64,000 nt of DNA from Chiloscyllium plagiosum (GCF_004010195.1 NC_057711.1:73655399-73719398); one strand, 5' to 3'; positions 1 to 13,885 are shown, counted from the first letter of the stretch. Program-made: numbers and translations. The notes: generated from the letters alone by a model not told the origin.

Positions 1-490
1 TGCTCACGACATACAGGTCCTGGGCTTCCTCCACTGCCACTCCCTCACCATCCAACATCTTCAGGAAGAACGCCTCATCATCTGCCTCGGAACCCTTCAA
101 CCCCAGGGCATCAATGTGGACTTCACAATTTTCCTCATTTTCCCTCCCCCCACCTTACCCCAGTTCCAAACTTCCAGATCAGCACCATCCTCATGACCAG
201 TCCCACCCGTCAATCTTCCTTCCCCCATCCACTCCACCCTCCTCTCCGACCTATCATCTTTACCCCTTCCTCCATCCACCTATTGCACTCCCAGCTACCT
301 TCTCCTCAGTCCCACCCCCCTCCTATTTATCTCTCCACTCTCGAGGCTTCCAGACTCATTCCTGATGGAGGGCTCCTGCCTGAAATGTCAATTTTCCTGC
401 TCCTCGGATTCAGCCTGACCTGCAGTGCTTTTCCAGCACTACTCTAATCTAGATTCTTGTCTGCAGCATCTGCAGTCCTCACTTTTGCCT
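1..490 (+). mobile_element. Penelope-like element 3' end (GIY-YIG C-terminus, pLTR, degenerate hammerhead at 358-393)
   Basis: Translates DIQVLGFLHCHS...EERLIICLGTLQPQGINVDF; terminal region matches the PLE ends near 21.9-22.1 kb and 37.8 kb. Confidence 0.8.
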
Positions 491-1919
491 ATATTTTCCT
501 TCCTGATGGTCAACCAAACTCTTTGCTTCTATGAGAGAGTCTATTCATTTGTTGCTTCAGATGTTTCTCCATATGGAAGATATGAAAGAAAATATACAAA
601 GAATCATAAACATCACGGAATAACTGTCCAATGAACTCTGTTGGCACACTTTTGTTTGAATCTTAAATAAGCAAGACTGGCATGCAAGTAGACAACCACT
701 GCAAATTACTTGAAAGCAAAACAATAGCCAAGATGTCTGAAAAGGCAATGACATACAAATAATGGCAATTAAAAGGTAAACTCGCTATTGCCCCAGAAGA
801 CTAAAGGGCTGCTTTCTCAGTGGAGAGAGACAACTGCTAGTGGCATAATCAGAGAGTCACTTGGCCTCATATTATTCATTTGCCAAAGAACATCAATACC
901 AAAACTCAACCTCATTGCAGGTCTCAAAAAGTTCTGACGTCTTCCAGTCATAGCAGACCATACCCATCATGTCATCATTGAGATGGAGCACATTGAGCAT
1001 TGAGCAGCATTGGACAGACAATTTTCTCCAGCTTCTGAGTTAGCAGCAGTTGTCTATCATAAACAGCCAAAAATGAAGCTCATTAGTAATAATCAATAAT
1101 AAAAGTAGACAGCATAAAGTAATTATATGTGTAGAAGTACTTATTGATTGGGAGGAGTAGGGAATGCTGTGGAAAATCTCCCCTAAAATCTCCCATTCAT
1201 TCAACTGGTTTCCCAGCTTTGAATTGGTCTCTGACAAGGTCAGAAAATTCCATCCTGTCGGTTAGGTTTTTTCATGACTTGAGATGCTTGGTAAAGCATG
1301 AAGCTCTGCTTAGTTATGTTTCTGTTATTAGATAAGCTGCAATAACTTCTAAAATTGCCATTATTCATATGTCATTGCCTTTTCTGACCCATATAAGTAA
1401 TGGTGCCGCGGGTCTGATTGTCAGGGGCTTTCTGTCATCTTTTTATGTATGTTATGTCTCTCCACAACTGCACAAGTTCAAACCTTGCCTGCATTTTTGA
1501 TTATCGATGTGCTGCAGACAGAGAGATTTAAAATGTAACTCAATCCTACCTGCTGTCTACAGAAGAACTGATAAGTCATCCATCTACATCTTTAAATGAC
1601 CTTGACTCTGAAACTGGAAAGGCTACCCAGCCGAGCCTGGATCCACCCACGGCCTCAACCTTTGAGAACTATATTACCTTAATCTTCATCAGATTTTAAA
1701 AGATTCTTTAGTCTGTCTTCCTACTTTGTACCTTTTATTTGTACGTATGAACTTGAGTGTGTGTGAGAGAGAAGGTTGGAGCATTTTTATTAAATCTTAC
1801 TGAGTTAAGTACGCTTAATATTCTTGTCTTTCTGAATATCTCAAGGAAACCTGTCCACAATTGCAGCTTGGAAACAGGCACTCATTAAGTTGGCAAACAC
1901 ATCCTTTTCAAAACAAAAG

Positions 1920-2278
1920 GGGTGGCGTGGTGGCTCAGTAGTTAGCACGGCTGCCTCACAGTGCCGGGGACTTGGGTTCAACTCCATCCTCTGGCAACCG
2001 TCTGTGTGGAGTTTGCATATTCTCCCCGTGTCTGTGTGGGTTTCCTCTGGGTACTCCAGTTTCCTCACACAGTCCAAAGATGTATCAGTTAGGTGAATTG
2101 GCCATGCTAAATTGCCAATAGTGTCCAGGGATGTGTAGGTCAAGTGGATTAGCCATGAGAAATGTGCAGAGTCCCAGGATTAGGGTAGGGGATTGGGTCT
2201 GGATGGGATGCTCTTCGGAAGGCCAGTGTGGATTTGAGGGATTGAATCGCCTGCTTCCACACTATCGGGATTCTATGA
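1920..2278 (+). mobile_element. HE1-type tRNA-derived SINE
   Basis: A-box-like tggctcagtagttagc, B-box-like ggttcaactcc, core gtttgcatattctccccgtgtctg...tggccatgctaaattg, CR1-like 3' end. Confidence 0.85.
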
Positions 2279-2485
2279 GGAGTGAGCAAACAGGAGAGCT
2301 ATTCTACCGAGCTGAAACCATACCATGCTGCCATCTCTTCAGTTCAGTTTTGTTTTTAACGAAAAAAGTTGTCTAATTTCTTGGCTCTTGTTTATTTTCA
2401 TGGTTCACCTACTCTGCAACCATCACTCATTGATACACTGTCCCATTATGTCCACAGTCTTTGCCTTCCCTTCTATCCCTGCAAA

Positions 2486-3013
2486 GGGGGTAATTTTCCC
2501 AATTCTGTGGAAGGTGATTGAAAGTAGAACTGGATGAAATCCAAATAATTTGGCATTGGGTCGGTGGTCAGTCACCTTCATGCCCCTGGGACAACTGCCG
2601 ATTGAAGGGCTGACTGGGGACCTGCCAAGGTCTTCCGGCAGCAGCAGGTAACTGGAACCGTCCCTAAGGCCCCTGGCCTGATCCATGAGGCCTTCTGATC
2701 CATGAGGCCTTCTGATCTCAACCCACCTCCCCCCCCATCCCCACAATCCCCACCATCCGACACACACACATCGAGCAGTGAGTCAAAGTGGCAACCAGCA
2801 GCCATTCTGTGATGGGCTTCCTCTCCACTTTGTTGGTCTTGCAGCTGTGGCCAGAGTTTATCGTTAACAATGTTAAAATCCCTACAGTGAGCACCTCAAA
2901 GTGAAGTGGCCTCTGATTGGTCCTGCAGTTTCAGGAATCGGCGTACCATTCTTAATTCCACTGGAGAACTACAGACAGATGATGAGTAGGCCACTCTTCC
3001 CGGAAAATTGCAT
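2486..3013. mobile_element. Possible non-autonomous DNA transposon relic containing a 17-bp tandem duplication (about 2678-2718)
   Basis: Imperfect inverted ends (ggggtaattttcc / ggaaaattgcatc); ctgatccatgaggcctt repeated twice. Confidence 0.3.
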
Positions 3014-3562
3014 CGAGGGGCACATTGCCTGAAGGTGCAGGCTTGGTATGTGGAAATGGTATTGGCCCTTGATTATTTTGAAAGGCATAAGATTCCACCT
3101 TGCTACTACCACATATCTGTTCTGCTTTGCATTGCTCAACAAGCTATTATAGACAAGCAGGAGGCTAGAAGAACACAGCAAGCCAAGCCATTATACAGGT
3201 CTGTTCTTCAGTCCATGCTGGCAGTACATTCTTTGAATCATTCAGTAAAAAGCCTTTTGCCACTATATTAAAACATCCAATCCATTTGACAACTCCATTC
3301 TTTTCATGCCACTTCTAGCATTATTTCTTGCATATCAAAAAATTCTGTTCTACTGCATTGAAAGCATGTTAGTGTCTGATCCTGCTCATAAATCCCATTC
3401 CTGAGCCTGGACTAATATGATTCTATTGGATAAGTATAGGCTTTGCTGCCCACAACTTGACTATTCTTCAAGACTTGTTGAAATTACATTTTCTTTCCAA
3501 ATTTCTGCTCTGGCACGACATAGCAACATAATCATCATAGAAACATATAGAAAATCAGAGAA

Positions 3563-3905
3563 GGGTGGCACAGTGTTAGCACTGCTGCCTCAGAGTGCCA
3601 GGGACCTGGGTTTGGTTTAGTGCCAGAGACTGGGTTCGATTCCAGCCTTCGGTGACTGTCTGTGTGGATTTTGCACATTCTCCCCGTGTCTGCAAGGATT
3701 TCTGCCTGGTGCTGTGGTTTCGTCCCACAATTCAAAGCTGTGCTGGTTAGGTAGCTTGGTTCTGCTACATCTAGGGAAGTGCAGGCTAGAGGATTAGCCA
3801 TGGGAAATGCAGATTTATAGGGATATGATGCAGGTCTAGGTGGGTTTGGAGGGTTGGTGCAGACCCGATGGGTTGAATGGCCTCTTTCCGTACTATAGGG
3901 CTTCA
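3563..3905 (+). mobile_element. HE1-type SINE, diverged
   Basis: gttagcactgctgcctca...gggttcgattcc...tttgcacattctccccgtgtctg. Confidence 0.8.
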
Positions 3906-4148
3906 ATGAAAATAAGAGCAAGTGCAGACCATTTGCAGTCTGCTTTGCTGTTCAACATGATCATGGTTGATCATCCATTTTAGTAGTCTGCTCCCATTTT
4001 CTTCCCACACCCTATTATCCCTTTAGTGCTTGGAACTATGTATAACTTCTTCTTGAAAACATTCTATTTTGCCTCAACCGCTTTCTGCTTTTGAATTCCA
4101 GAGGTTCACCACTTTCTGGGTGAAGAAATGTCTCTTCATGTCTTTAAG

Positions 4149-5410
4149 CATGGGAAATCATGCCTCACAAACCTGATTGAGTTTTTTGAAGAAGTAACAA
4201 AGAGGATTGATGAGGGATGAGTGGTAGATATGATCTATATGGACTTCCGTAAGGTTTTCGACAAGGTTCCCCATGGGAGACTGGTTAGCAAGATTAGATC
4301 TCATGGAATACAGGGAGAACTAGCCATTTGGATACAGAACTGGCTCAAAGGTAGAAGACAGAGAGTGGTAGTGGAGGGTTGTTTTGCAGACTGGACGCCT
4401 ATGACCAATGGAGTGTCACAAGGATTAGGGCTGGGTTCACCACTTTTCATCATTTATATAAATGATTTGGATGTGAGCATACTTAGTAAGTTTGCAGATG
4501 ACACCAAAATTGGAGGTGTAGTGGACAGCAAAGAAGGTTACCTTGGATTACAGCAGAATCTTGCTCAGATGGGCCAGTGGGCTGAGGAATGGCAGATGGA
4601 GTTTAATTCAGATAAGTGCAAGGTGCTCCATTTTGGGAAAGCAGGACTTATACACTTAATGATAAGGTCCTGGAGAGTGTTGCTGAACAAAGAGACCTTG
4701 GAGTGGAGGTTCATAGCTCCTTGAAGGTAGAGTCACAGGTAGATAGGATAGATAGCATTTGGCGTTTGGTATGCTTTCTTTTATTGGTCAGAGGATTGAG
4801 TACAGGAATTGGGAGATCATGTTATGGCTGTACAGGACATTGGTTGGGCCACATTTGGAATATTGTGTGCAATTCTAGTCTGCGTCTTATCAGAAGGATG
4901 TTATGAAACTTGAAAGGGTTCAGAAAAGATGTACAAGGATATTGCCAGGGTTGGAGGATTTGAGCTGTAGGGAGAGGTTGAATAGGCTAGGCCTGTTTTC
5001 CCTGGAGCGTCAGAGGTTGAGGGGTGACCTTATAGAGGTTTATAAAATCATGAGAGGCATAGATAGGATCAATAGACAAAGTCTTTTTCCCAGAGTGGAG
5101 AGTCCCTAACTACGGGGCATAGGTTTAGAGTGAGAGGGGAAAGATATAAAAGAGACCTAATGGGCAACTTTTTCACGTAGAAGGTGGTGCATGTGTGGAA
5201 TGGGCTGCCAGAGGAAGCGATGGAGGTGGTACAATTGCAACATTTAAGAGGCATCTGGATGGGTATATGAATAGGAATGGTTTGGAGGGATATGCGCTGG
5301 GTGCTGGCAAGTGGGACTAGATTGGGTTGGGATATCTGGTCAGCATGGAAGAATTGGACCGAAGGGGTCTGTTTCCATGCTGTACATCTCGATGACTCTA
5401 TGACTCTATG
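4149..5410 (+). mobile_element. CR1 LINE, 5'-truncated RT region with (ATGACTCT)n tail
   Basis: YMDFRKVFDKVPH, SKFADDTK, LERVQKR, RLRGDLIEVYKI motifs with frameshifts; octamer tail at about 5392-5410. Confidence 0.93.
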
Positions 5411-5447
5411 TCAGCCATAAATGGTCCATTACATATCCTTACGATTT

Positions 5448-6340
5448 TGAGATGCCTGCGTTGGACTGGGGTGTACAAAGTTAAAAATCACACAACACCA
5501 GGTTATAGTCCAACAGGTTTAATTGGAAGCACACTAGCTGTCGGAGCGCCGCTCCTTCATCAGGTGGTTGTGGAGTACACAATTTTAAGACACAGAATTT
5601 ATAGTAAAAGTTTACAGTGTGATGTAACTGAAATTATACATTGAAAAATACCTTGATTGTTTGTTAAGTCTCTCATCTGTTAGAATGATAGTTTCACTTC
5701 TTTCATATGTAAATCACAAAACTTTTTAAAAAATTTACATTCTTAGGTGAACTGTAACAATTGGTGTCAGTGCAGATAAGATGTTGAGATGTTGAAGGTG
5801 TTAGCCCCCTGTGTTCCCTATCTGTGCCATAATATTTAGACTGATTCTAATCTAAAAAGTGAGTTAACAGAGTCTTACATGGATTCATGCAGTTTTTCTG
5901 CAAAGTACAATGTAACTCTGCAAGTACAAATTCACCCCACGAACGTATATATGTGTGTGTGTGTCTGGAGTGGGAGTTTGTGAGTGTCTGTGAGAGAGAA
6001 TGTGTATGTGTGTCTATGTGAGTGTAAAGTGGTCTAAGTCTGTGAGAGGGTGCATGTGGGAGTGTGTGTGTCTGTGGGAGTGTGTGTGTCTGTGAGAGAG
6101 AGTGTATATGCATGTGTGAGTGTAAAGTGTCTAAGTCTGTGAGAAGATGCATGTGTGAGTGTGGGAGTGTGTGTGTCTGTAGGACTGTGTGTGAGTGTCT
6201 GTGGGTGTATCTCTGTGTGGGTATGTCTGTGTGTATGTGAGTGTGCGTGTCTGTGTATAGGAGTGCCTGTGTGCGTGTGTGTGCATAGGAGTGTCTGTGT
6301 GTGTATCATGCAATGGTGGTCATCTGTAGTAACCCCATAT
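5448..6340 (-). mobile_element. Penelope-like element 3' region (family 3) with hammerhead-like motif at 5532-5566 and a TG-rich low-complexity tract
   Basis: Reverse complement of the element end at 47.7-48.0 kb; cacctgatgaaggagcggcgctccgacagctagtg on the minus strand. Confidence 0.65.
5950..6305. repeat. Degenerate (TG)n-rich compound repeat
   Basis: gtgtgtgtgtctgtgagag-type units seen directly. Confidence 0.9.
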
Positions 6341-7329
6341 CCTTAGAATGTGACCCCTGCTCTGGAGGCTGAATGACTACTGAAATTGAAATCACTTAAC
6401 ACAGACAGAAATCAGTAGGTACATGCTAGTGGTGGACTGAAACATGGCATGGATGGTGAAGAAATATACGTATTGCAGGGTTTCCACAAGTGATGCTTGG
6501 CAGGTCGCATTCATGACATATCATTTCTCTTACAGTGGCAAGTCTGCAGAGTGTAATAAGAACCAGCAGAACTGGCAGTCAGAGACTAATGGCATCTGTG
6601 TAAACCACATAGGACAACATAGTTCACAGCATATCTGCATTGTGCTGAGGACTTTTGAAAATGAAGTATTTGAAATGCATCACTAGGTGATAAAAAATGC
6701 AAAGATTTCAGAGTCGGGGACATGAATCAGTAAGGGATTTCCTGCCCATATGAGCAATTCCACTGGAGATCTTTTAGCAATGAGGATTAATAATGGAGCC
6801 AGAATTATTCTTTAGGTTCATTCCCCACACTTGCCACCCGTTTCATCCTTGAGTTTGCGTTTTCTGCTCCTTTCTGACACGTTATTGGCTAGAATTATAG
6901 TAACAGAGGGATTCAAAGAGAATGAGAATAAACTGTTGGCAGGTATCGACCAAAAGACGTAGAGACAGATGAGAGGCAAGGAGAGATTAGTGTAAGGTGA
7001 GAGTAAGACGGACATTTGATGACAAATCAAATGCAAAGATGATAAAGAATGATTGTGAAAGGTAGAGAGCAGGGGAAAGGACAAAAGTATCTTCTAATCC
7101 CGGTCCAAATAAAATCCTGCTTTCTTATACAAAAGCAACACACAGAGGACGCTGCAAGTCTGAAATGAAACCAGGAGACACGGTATGATCTGTAGAGAGA
7201 CAGCTAGTGTACCTCCGATAGGAGTCTCCACAGATGCTGCCGAACTTGCTCTTTTCAGCATCGCCTGGTTTCACTTCAAGTTTCTTACCTTGCCTGAAGT
7301 TGATTTATACGGTGTTTACAGTAATATGC

Positions 7330-7866
7330 CCAACCCCCTAACGCCCCCTCCCTGCGGTCAACAAATTCTGTGAGGGATTATAAACTTTGTCTTCCTCTCA
7401 GCTCTGAGTCCGTTTTTATTACTTTGCCTGCTGTCCAGAAGACTGTGTTAAAGAAAAAAGTCCATTCGAATGGGTTGCATTTTGTTCCCTTCGATGGGCA
7501 CATTTTCAGAAACATGTCACAGCGTCGCTGTCAATTCAAATTTAATGGAATTGAACACATAAAGGAGTGTCAATATTGAAATGCCCAGCAATTTGCAACA
7601 TTATTCTTTTACAATTGTTGAACAGCTCAGGTGCCAAGTGCAGGAAGAACCTCATCGGTTTGCACACGCGTCTTCCCCCCGCCTGTTGCTGCGGTCATGT
7701 TCCACCAGAGTGTGACAGCACGGCAGCAGAGCCGAGAGCCCAATACTGCCCAAGGCTGCTGTCAGATCCCAGCAAGTTGTGTACACAAGATGCCCGCAAG
7801 CACTTTTTGAGTTCAAACAACAGGGAAACGTTTCTTTTATCGCCAAGTTAGTGAAACGAGGTGATC
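7330..7866 (+). promoter_or_regulatory. Candidate promoter/5'UTR of TMC2
   Basis: Apparently repeat-free stretch with locally more CpG, directly upstream of the candidate ATG; TATAAA at 7379-7384. The TSS cannot be determined from sequence. Confidence 0.35.
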
Positions 7867-7918
7867 ATGGTCAATACAAATAAAACCAAGAAAAATAATC
7901 ATGACGATTTGGAAAAGG
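7867..7918 (+). CDS. TMC2: TMC2 candidate first coding exon (MVNTNKTKKNNHDDLEK)
   Basis: atcATGG start context and strong donor AGG|gtgagt. Ends in phase 1, matching the phase-1 acceptor at 15085. No homology support. Confidence 0.6.
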
Positions 7919-8289
7919 GTGAGTATTCTGTGTGCTGATAAAACACTTTGCTCCTACACCAAGTTGGGCAGCAATTATTGTGCACTGTCAATTGTTCAAT
8001 TCAATCTCTGGGACGACGGGCTTTCTGAATCGGGAAACCTCTGTGATGTTATTTGTTATGATGTAAAAGCGGGAAGGAGACACTCAACTGTTGGAAGGGC
8101 AAGAATAGTTTCACTTGTGATTCTAATGAAGGATGGTTTTGTTCGCACAATTTCAAGCCATGGGTTTTAAAGTGCCATAGCAGTGTTGCCACTAACTAAG
8201 GAACAGATAAGCTTTGTCCTAAAAAAAGTAGAAAGCCAAGGGAAGTGATGTTTCTCAGACTTGGGGGGTGTATATTGTGGTATTTTGCA

Positions 8290-10310
8290 GGGACCTTGGC
8301 ATTAGGAGAGCATTTTGAGATACATTTCAGCATATGCAGATGGCAGAAAACTCTGAAATGCAGTAAATAATGAGAATGCTGGAGACTTCAGGTGGACATA
8401 GACTCGTGAAATGGGTAGACTGTGGGAGGTGACATTTAAAGATGTGACATGATGCATTTTAGTCAAAAAATGTGAACAGCCAATAGAAACTCAATGATAT
8501 AGTGTTTAAGAGGGCTGTAGAACTGAAGATACCTGTAGCGTATCTATACACAATGTTAAAGGCAACAGGGCAAGTTGAGATGTTGAAAAGAGAATGTTTG
8601 GATAAGTTTAAATACTTCTACTTATAACTGAGATGCAGGTTGGATCTTTCCTGGTCCAATGGTGATAGGCTGGGAGCTCGGAGTTGCTGTTAATATATTG
8701 GGGGAAGAAGAAAAGTACGTTGTCTTCCCACTGCCATGGTATAGTACCAATGGCAGAAGTCTCTGTCCATGGCTACCCTGTACGCACAAAGTTAGCTCAT
8801 TTAATTGACCAATTAAGGCTCAATTTACCCCACCTCTGGATGATCTTCCACAACCAATCTGTCAGAAATAGCTGCCTTCACAGCAATTGTATCAGTATTA
8901 CAATGTGAGTCCCCCCCATCCCACACACATACCCTAATTGCGGGAACTGCCTTCCTGGCCTGACTGATTAAAATTAATATATCTAACGCAGGAGGGCAGC
9001 TCAACATTGAGCCACTGTCTGTTTCAGTTACAATCACAAAGGGGGTGGTACCACATTCCACATATGAGGTGAGTAAAAGAAATTAGAGTGCGTGAAATTT
9101 GAGAAATAACGCAAGTTTGAAACCAAGATTAGTTAATTGAAAGCAGAAAGTCAAAATATATGAATCATTCTCAAGATGGCAGACTGTTGCTAGTAGGATA
9201 CTGCAAGTGTTAGGGTTAGATCCACCACCATTCACAATCTGTATAGTTGACTTTGATGCGGAAACAAATTGTAATTTTTTCCATATTTGCTGGTGACAAA
9301 CTTTAATTCTATCACAGACTTCAAGTGGATATTAGACATGCTAAGTGAATGGGCTAAAACATGGCAGATAGACTAGAATATAAATCAGTGTCAAGCTTTT
9401 TATTTTGGTAGAAAGGCAGAATATTTCTTAAGAAGTGAAAACTCAGTTAAGTGCATGTGTCCATGAGCCAAGAAAAGCTATCGCATTTGGAACGCATTGC
9501 CAGCAGAGGTGGTACAGGCAGGCACAGTAGATTCATTTAAGATGTGTCTGGACAAATGCATGAGTAGGTGTGGAGCAGAGGGATACAGATGCTTAGGAAT
9601 TGACCGACAGGTTTAGACAGTACATTTGGATTGGCTCAGGCTTGGAAGGCCGAAGGGGCTGTTCCTTGGCTGTAAGTTCTCTTTGTTCTCTTTTATTTGT
9701 TCTTTGATGACTATAAAACCTTTGATCATCATAAGAACCCTTCTGGTTCAAAAATGTCCTTTAAAGGAAGAAATATGACCTGACCTAAATCTGACTTCAT
9801 AGCCAATGCAGTCAACAGGCTCTCAAAAGCCTCCTGGTGCAATTTAGCATGGACAACCAATTTAGTCAGTGATGGCCTCATTGCATGAATGAATTGCAAA
9901 TAAAAGAAGGATAAGAGACTTTTGTGTGGATTTTCTTTGGAGCAGAGAAGGTTGAAAGGAAATTTAATAGATACGGTCAAAAACATGAATATTCTGGTTG
10001 ATGAGCAAGTGCTTCCAGTGAAAGAAGGCTTAGGAGTGAAAAGACAGACATTTGGTGATAGACAAAAGATTGAGAGAAGACATGAGGAAACATTTGTTGC
10101 ATGATGAGTTGCTAATTTTGACTGCACTGCCTGTAAATGATGATAGAAGACAATTCTTTCATCAATTTTGAAAGAGAATTAAATGTATACTTGTAAACAG
10201 TGAAAAATACAAGACTGTGGGAAAGCACAGGGAGTAGTTGAATAACCTTACCAAAGAACTGTCAGATATGATGGGTGAAGTCCCTTCTATAATTCTAAGA
10301 TGCCGTGTTT
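8290..10310 (+). mobile_element. Several old CR1 fragments (about 8290-8600, 9100-9700, 9920-10310) interspersed with other sequence
   Basis: Degenerate RT/3' motifs such as FSLEQRRLKGNLI, tggcagatagactagaat, and a CR1 3' end ggccgaaggggctgttcc. Confidence 0.6.
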
Positions 10311-10939
10311 CTATGATCAGCCACTATTCCAGAAGGCTGCAATTGATATTTTCTAACAGAAAAGGTTTAATTGTAACCAGGAAAGTTATTTTGTCGGGAA
10401 AGAGAGTATGTTGTGTGTGTTTGTAAATAATGAATAATAGTTCCATAATTGTTACTAATTATTTAAAGAAGTAATACTAATTATTTTCTTACTCAGTATT
10501 GCAATTTCAATTTGTTTTACCTAAAAATATCATTAGTTAACTTATAAAATAATTTTCTAATTGTACTTTTTGTATCTCTGGCTATTGACTGTTGCCAACA
10601 ATATTTGTTTTGCCTAATGTTTGTATTTTTCATTCTTCAGTCTTAGGTTTGCTTTAGCATTGTCCAAATCTATAGTAAAAATGTGAATTCAGGCCGAGTA
10701 CAATTGGGCACAAATCTGGAAATTTAGTCTGAAGAGTTGGGATAGGGAAGGAAATGACTAAAACAACAGAGCAGGTGTCCTTTGCCTTGTTGACCAAACT
10801 GTCCACAAGTTCCTTGCACATATTATCAAAGGTGAGGGTGGAAGAGACAGGAGAGGGTGTTTTAAGAACATAGTCTGTGGTAAAGATAAGTGAGTTCATC
10901 ATTCTAACCCTGATGTTTAAATTATGAAAAAATTCAGTA

Positions 10940-11340
10940 ATGATCATTACAACTTAATAATGGTTTATATGGATCTGTTGATGGATCAATTGTTCACCAA
11001 AATCCAAGTCTCCTTGATTTAATGAAATGTAGGTGAGAAATGGAATGACTCCAACCTCCTTTCATTTACATGCTTCCAGTACTTAGATGATGCATTTGCT
11101 ATATTTGAATCTTTGGCTGCATGGAAGAATTTCCTTACAAAAAAACTTAATTCCACAATGAAATTAACCGTCGAAATGGAGGAGCCTAACAATCTGCATT
11201 TCATTGATGTGCTTGGTGAAATATCTATGAATGGGTTTTTTACTATTGTCTGCTGCAAGTCTGCTTTCACTGGTTGCCTGGGGACTCCTACAGGACCATG
11301 CAGTATAAGATTACCATTATCAGACATTTTATAAATAGAA
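10940..11340 (+). mobile_element. Degenerate Penelope-like RT fragment (possibly Poseidon-type)
   Basis: FQYLDDAFAIF followed by LNSTMKLTVEMEEPNNLHFIDVL, matching the PLE YVDD...KFT.E.E....L.FLDV layout. Confidence 0.65.
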
Positions 11341-11829
11341 TCTGAGGGATCTTGTGGCTCAGTGATAGTGTCCCTAAGTCTGGGCCATCTGCTCCAGATG
11401 AAGTCCCATATGCTCTAGATGTGTGTCATAACATATCTGAACAGGTTGATTTATAATATTTATCAGTACAATCTGAACCATTTTCTCACGGTGCAAGCGT
11501 AATCTAAAACAGGGTACATCTAAATTATACCACAGGATGATGATTACACTGGTCTGATCATGACTCATTGTATGCATTGCATACTCATGAATGTGCCTAA
11601 GGCAGATACCTTTGGACCTGAAAAGTTCCCCAAATACCTCAGACAAGCAGAGTGATCCTATAATCAGTGGATCAAATCTAAGCTCTGTAGTCTTGTAATG
11701 TCAGTTGTGAATGATAATAAACAACTAAACAAATGACAAGAGTGTGAGCATCACTTTGTGAAACCCTCCATGAGTTTCACTAAAGTTTATACTTTGCTAA
11801 TTTCCAGTAAAATTCTGTTCTGTGATAAC

Positions 11830-12430
11830 AGTATTCAGCATCCTTGACAACTCCTCAAATAGAGAAGTATCCTATGTCCATGTGCAGCAAGACCTGCACA
11901 TCTTCCAGGCTTTGGCTGACAAGTAGTAAGTAATTTAGATCACATAAGTGACTAGCAATAGCCATCTCCAACAAGAGAGAATTGATGCTTAATGGCATTA
12001 CCATTGCTGAATCTCCAACTGTTATCATCCTGGGGGTTACCATTTACCATAAATTAAACTAGAACAGCCTGACCTGGCTATAAAAGCAAGTCAGAGGCTA
12101 GGAACTTTTACAGCAATTAACTCATATCCTGTCTTCCCAATCCATGGCTACCATCTACAATGTACAAGACAAGAGTATGATGGCAGACTCTCCACATCAC
12201 TGACAACATCCAGGACAAAGCAGGCCACTTATTTGGCACTCATCATCGACAATGCACATTGACAGCAGTGTGAACTCGCTAAAGGATAATTCAATAATGC
12301 TGTTTCAACAGCATATTCCAAATGGAACTCTATTGTCTAAAAGGACGAGGGCAGCAGATGTGTGGGAACATCGGTATCTGCAAGTTTCCCTTCATGTCAC
12401 ATATCCTCCTGACTTGGAATAATATCACGG
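11830..12430 (+). mobile_element. Old non-LTR retrotransposon 3' fragment (CR1/L2 group); minus-strand relatives at about 50040-50590 and 51940-52130
   Basis: accatctacaatgtacaagacaagagtatgatgg (TIYKAQVRSVMEY-like); reverse-complement similarity to 50.0-50.6 kb. Confidence 0.55.
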
Positions 12431-13080
12431 CTCCTTTAAAGAACACTCACATCGGTCTTAGAATATTCATTCTGTTTCTCTCTCCATAGATGCTTCCAAA
12501 CCTGTTCACATTCTCCAGCACTCAGTGCTTTTATTTCTATGCTTGTATTTATTGTCAGGGAGAATTCTTCGATATGATTGGTTACTTACCTTACTTGATT
12601 AAACCACTGTTGCTGAACATCTGGAAATACCCAGATGCATGTTGATGTCAGGAAAGGAGATGGCTACATTTTTATAAGCAGCTCTCTTTGAGGTGAGCAG
12701 CATCACCGAGCCAGGCCAGGTCATTCAGACTGGGAACATTTTGCTTTCTGAGATGTTATATGCAACTATTTCCCATGTTTAACACAAGGAGCAGCCACCC
12801 TTTTGTTCTGATGGCAGCAATAGCATATAACATAGCTATATCATACTTAATACGCAACAATTTCCATGGATTAGAAATCAATGGAATGCAGTTAATGACT
12901 TCCAGGAGGCACTTTTGTTGCAATGGTAGTGTCCTTACCTCTGGAGCAGGAGGCTTAAAGTCAAGTTCCACCTACTTCCAAGGTGTGTCATAACATCTCT
13001 GTGCAAGTTGATTAGAAAATCGCTACTTCAACTTCATTTAGTTCTAAACGTTATGAGGAGAATTGTCAGCATTATCATTT

Positions 13081-13740
13081 CATAGAAATTCATTGAATCC
13101 CCATAGTGTGGAAGCAGGTCCTTTCGCCCACTGAGTCCACACCAACCCTCCAAAGAGCATCCCATCTTGACCCATTTGCCAGCATTTGGCCCGTATGCCT
13201 CTAAACCCTTCCTATTCATATAGCCAAACAGATGCCTTTTAAATGTTGTAATTGTTTAGATTAGATTAGATTAGATTAGATTACTTACAGTGAGGAAACA
13301 GGCCCTTCAGCCCAACAAGCCCACACCGAACCTCTGAAGAGCAACCCACGCAGACCCATTTCCCTACATTTACCCCTACATTGTAATTATAACAGCCTCC
13401 ACCACTTCCTCTGGCAGTTTACCCCATACACTCACCAACCTTTGCGTGAAAAGGTTGCCCCTTAGGTCCCTTTTAAACCTTTCCCTCTCATCTTAAACCT
13501 ATGCTGTCTAGTTTTAGACTCCCCTACCCTGGGAAAATGACCTTGTCTATTTACCCTATCCATGCCCCTCATGATTTTATAAACTTCTATAAGTCACCCC
13601 TCAACCTCTGATACTCCAGGGAAAACAGCCCCAGCCTATTCAGCTTCTCCCTATAGCTCAAACCCATGAATCCGAGCAACACCCTTGTAAATCTTTTGTG
13701 AACCCTTTCAGGTTTCACAACATCCTCCTTATAGGAGGAA
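13081..13740 (-). mobile_element. CR1 3' fragment carrying a truncated HE1 SINE insert (13256-13380) with (TTAGA)n tail
   Basis: Reverse complement of the CR1 3' end; insert flanked by ttgtaatt at 13246-13253 and 13381-13388. Confidence 0.85.
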
Positions 13741-13885
13741 TGCTACCAACATGCTTGAGGGACTTTCCTTTTATTTGCATGCCACCATTTATAGTGTAAA
13801 GATGCTGTATTACCTCTGCACCTTGACAGGTTAACTGAAATGGTTTCAAATTTACATACGGTGCCCCTTGTTCTGACTTATGGAG

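Noticed and set aside
1920..1990. tRNA genes at SINE heads (also 23450-23517, 52475-52542, about 11345 and 12905)
   Set aside because: A/B-box heads continue into SINE bodies and no complete cloverleaf is evident.
5847..6346. His/Thr-rich and Cys/Val-rich ORFs
   Set aside because: Translations of a TG/CA low-complexity tract.
8992..9068. Possible extra exon (ctaacgcag acceptor, GAG|gtgagt donor)
   Set aside because: Entered in phase 1, it exits in phase 0 from either nearby acceptor, which is incompatible with the phase-1 exon at 15085. No homology.
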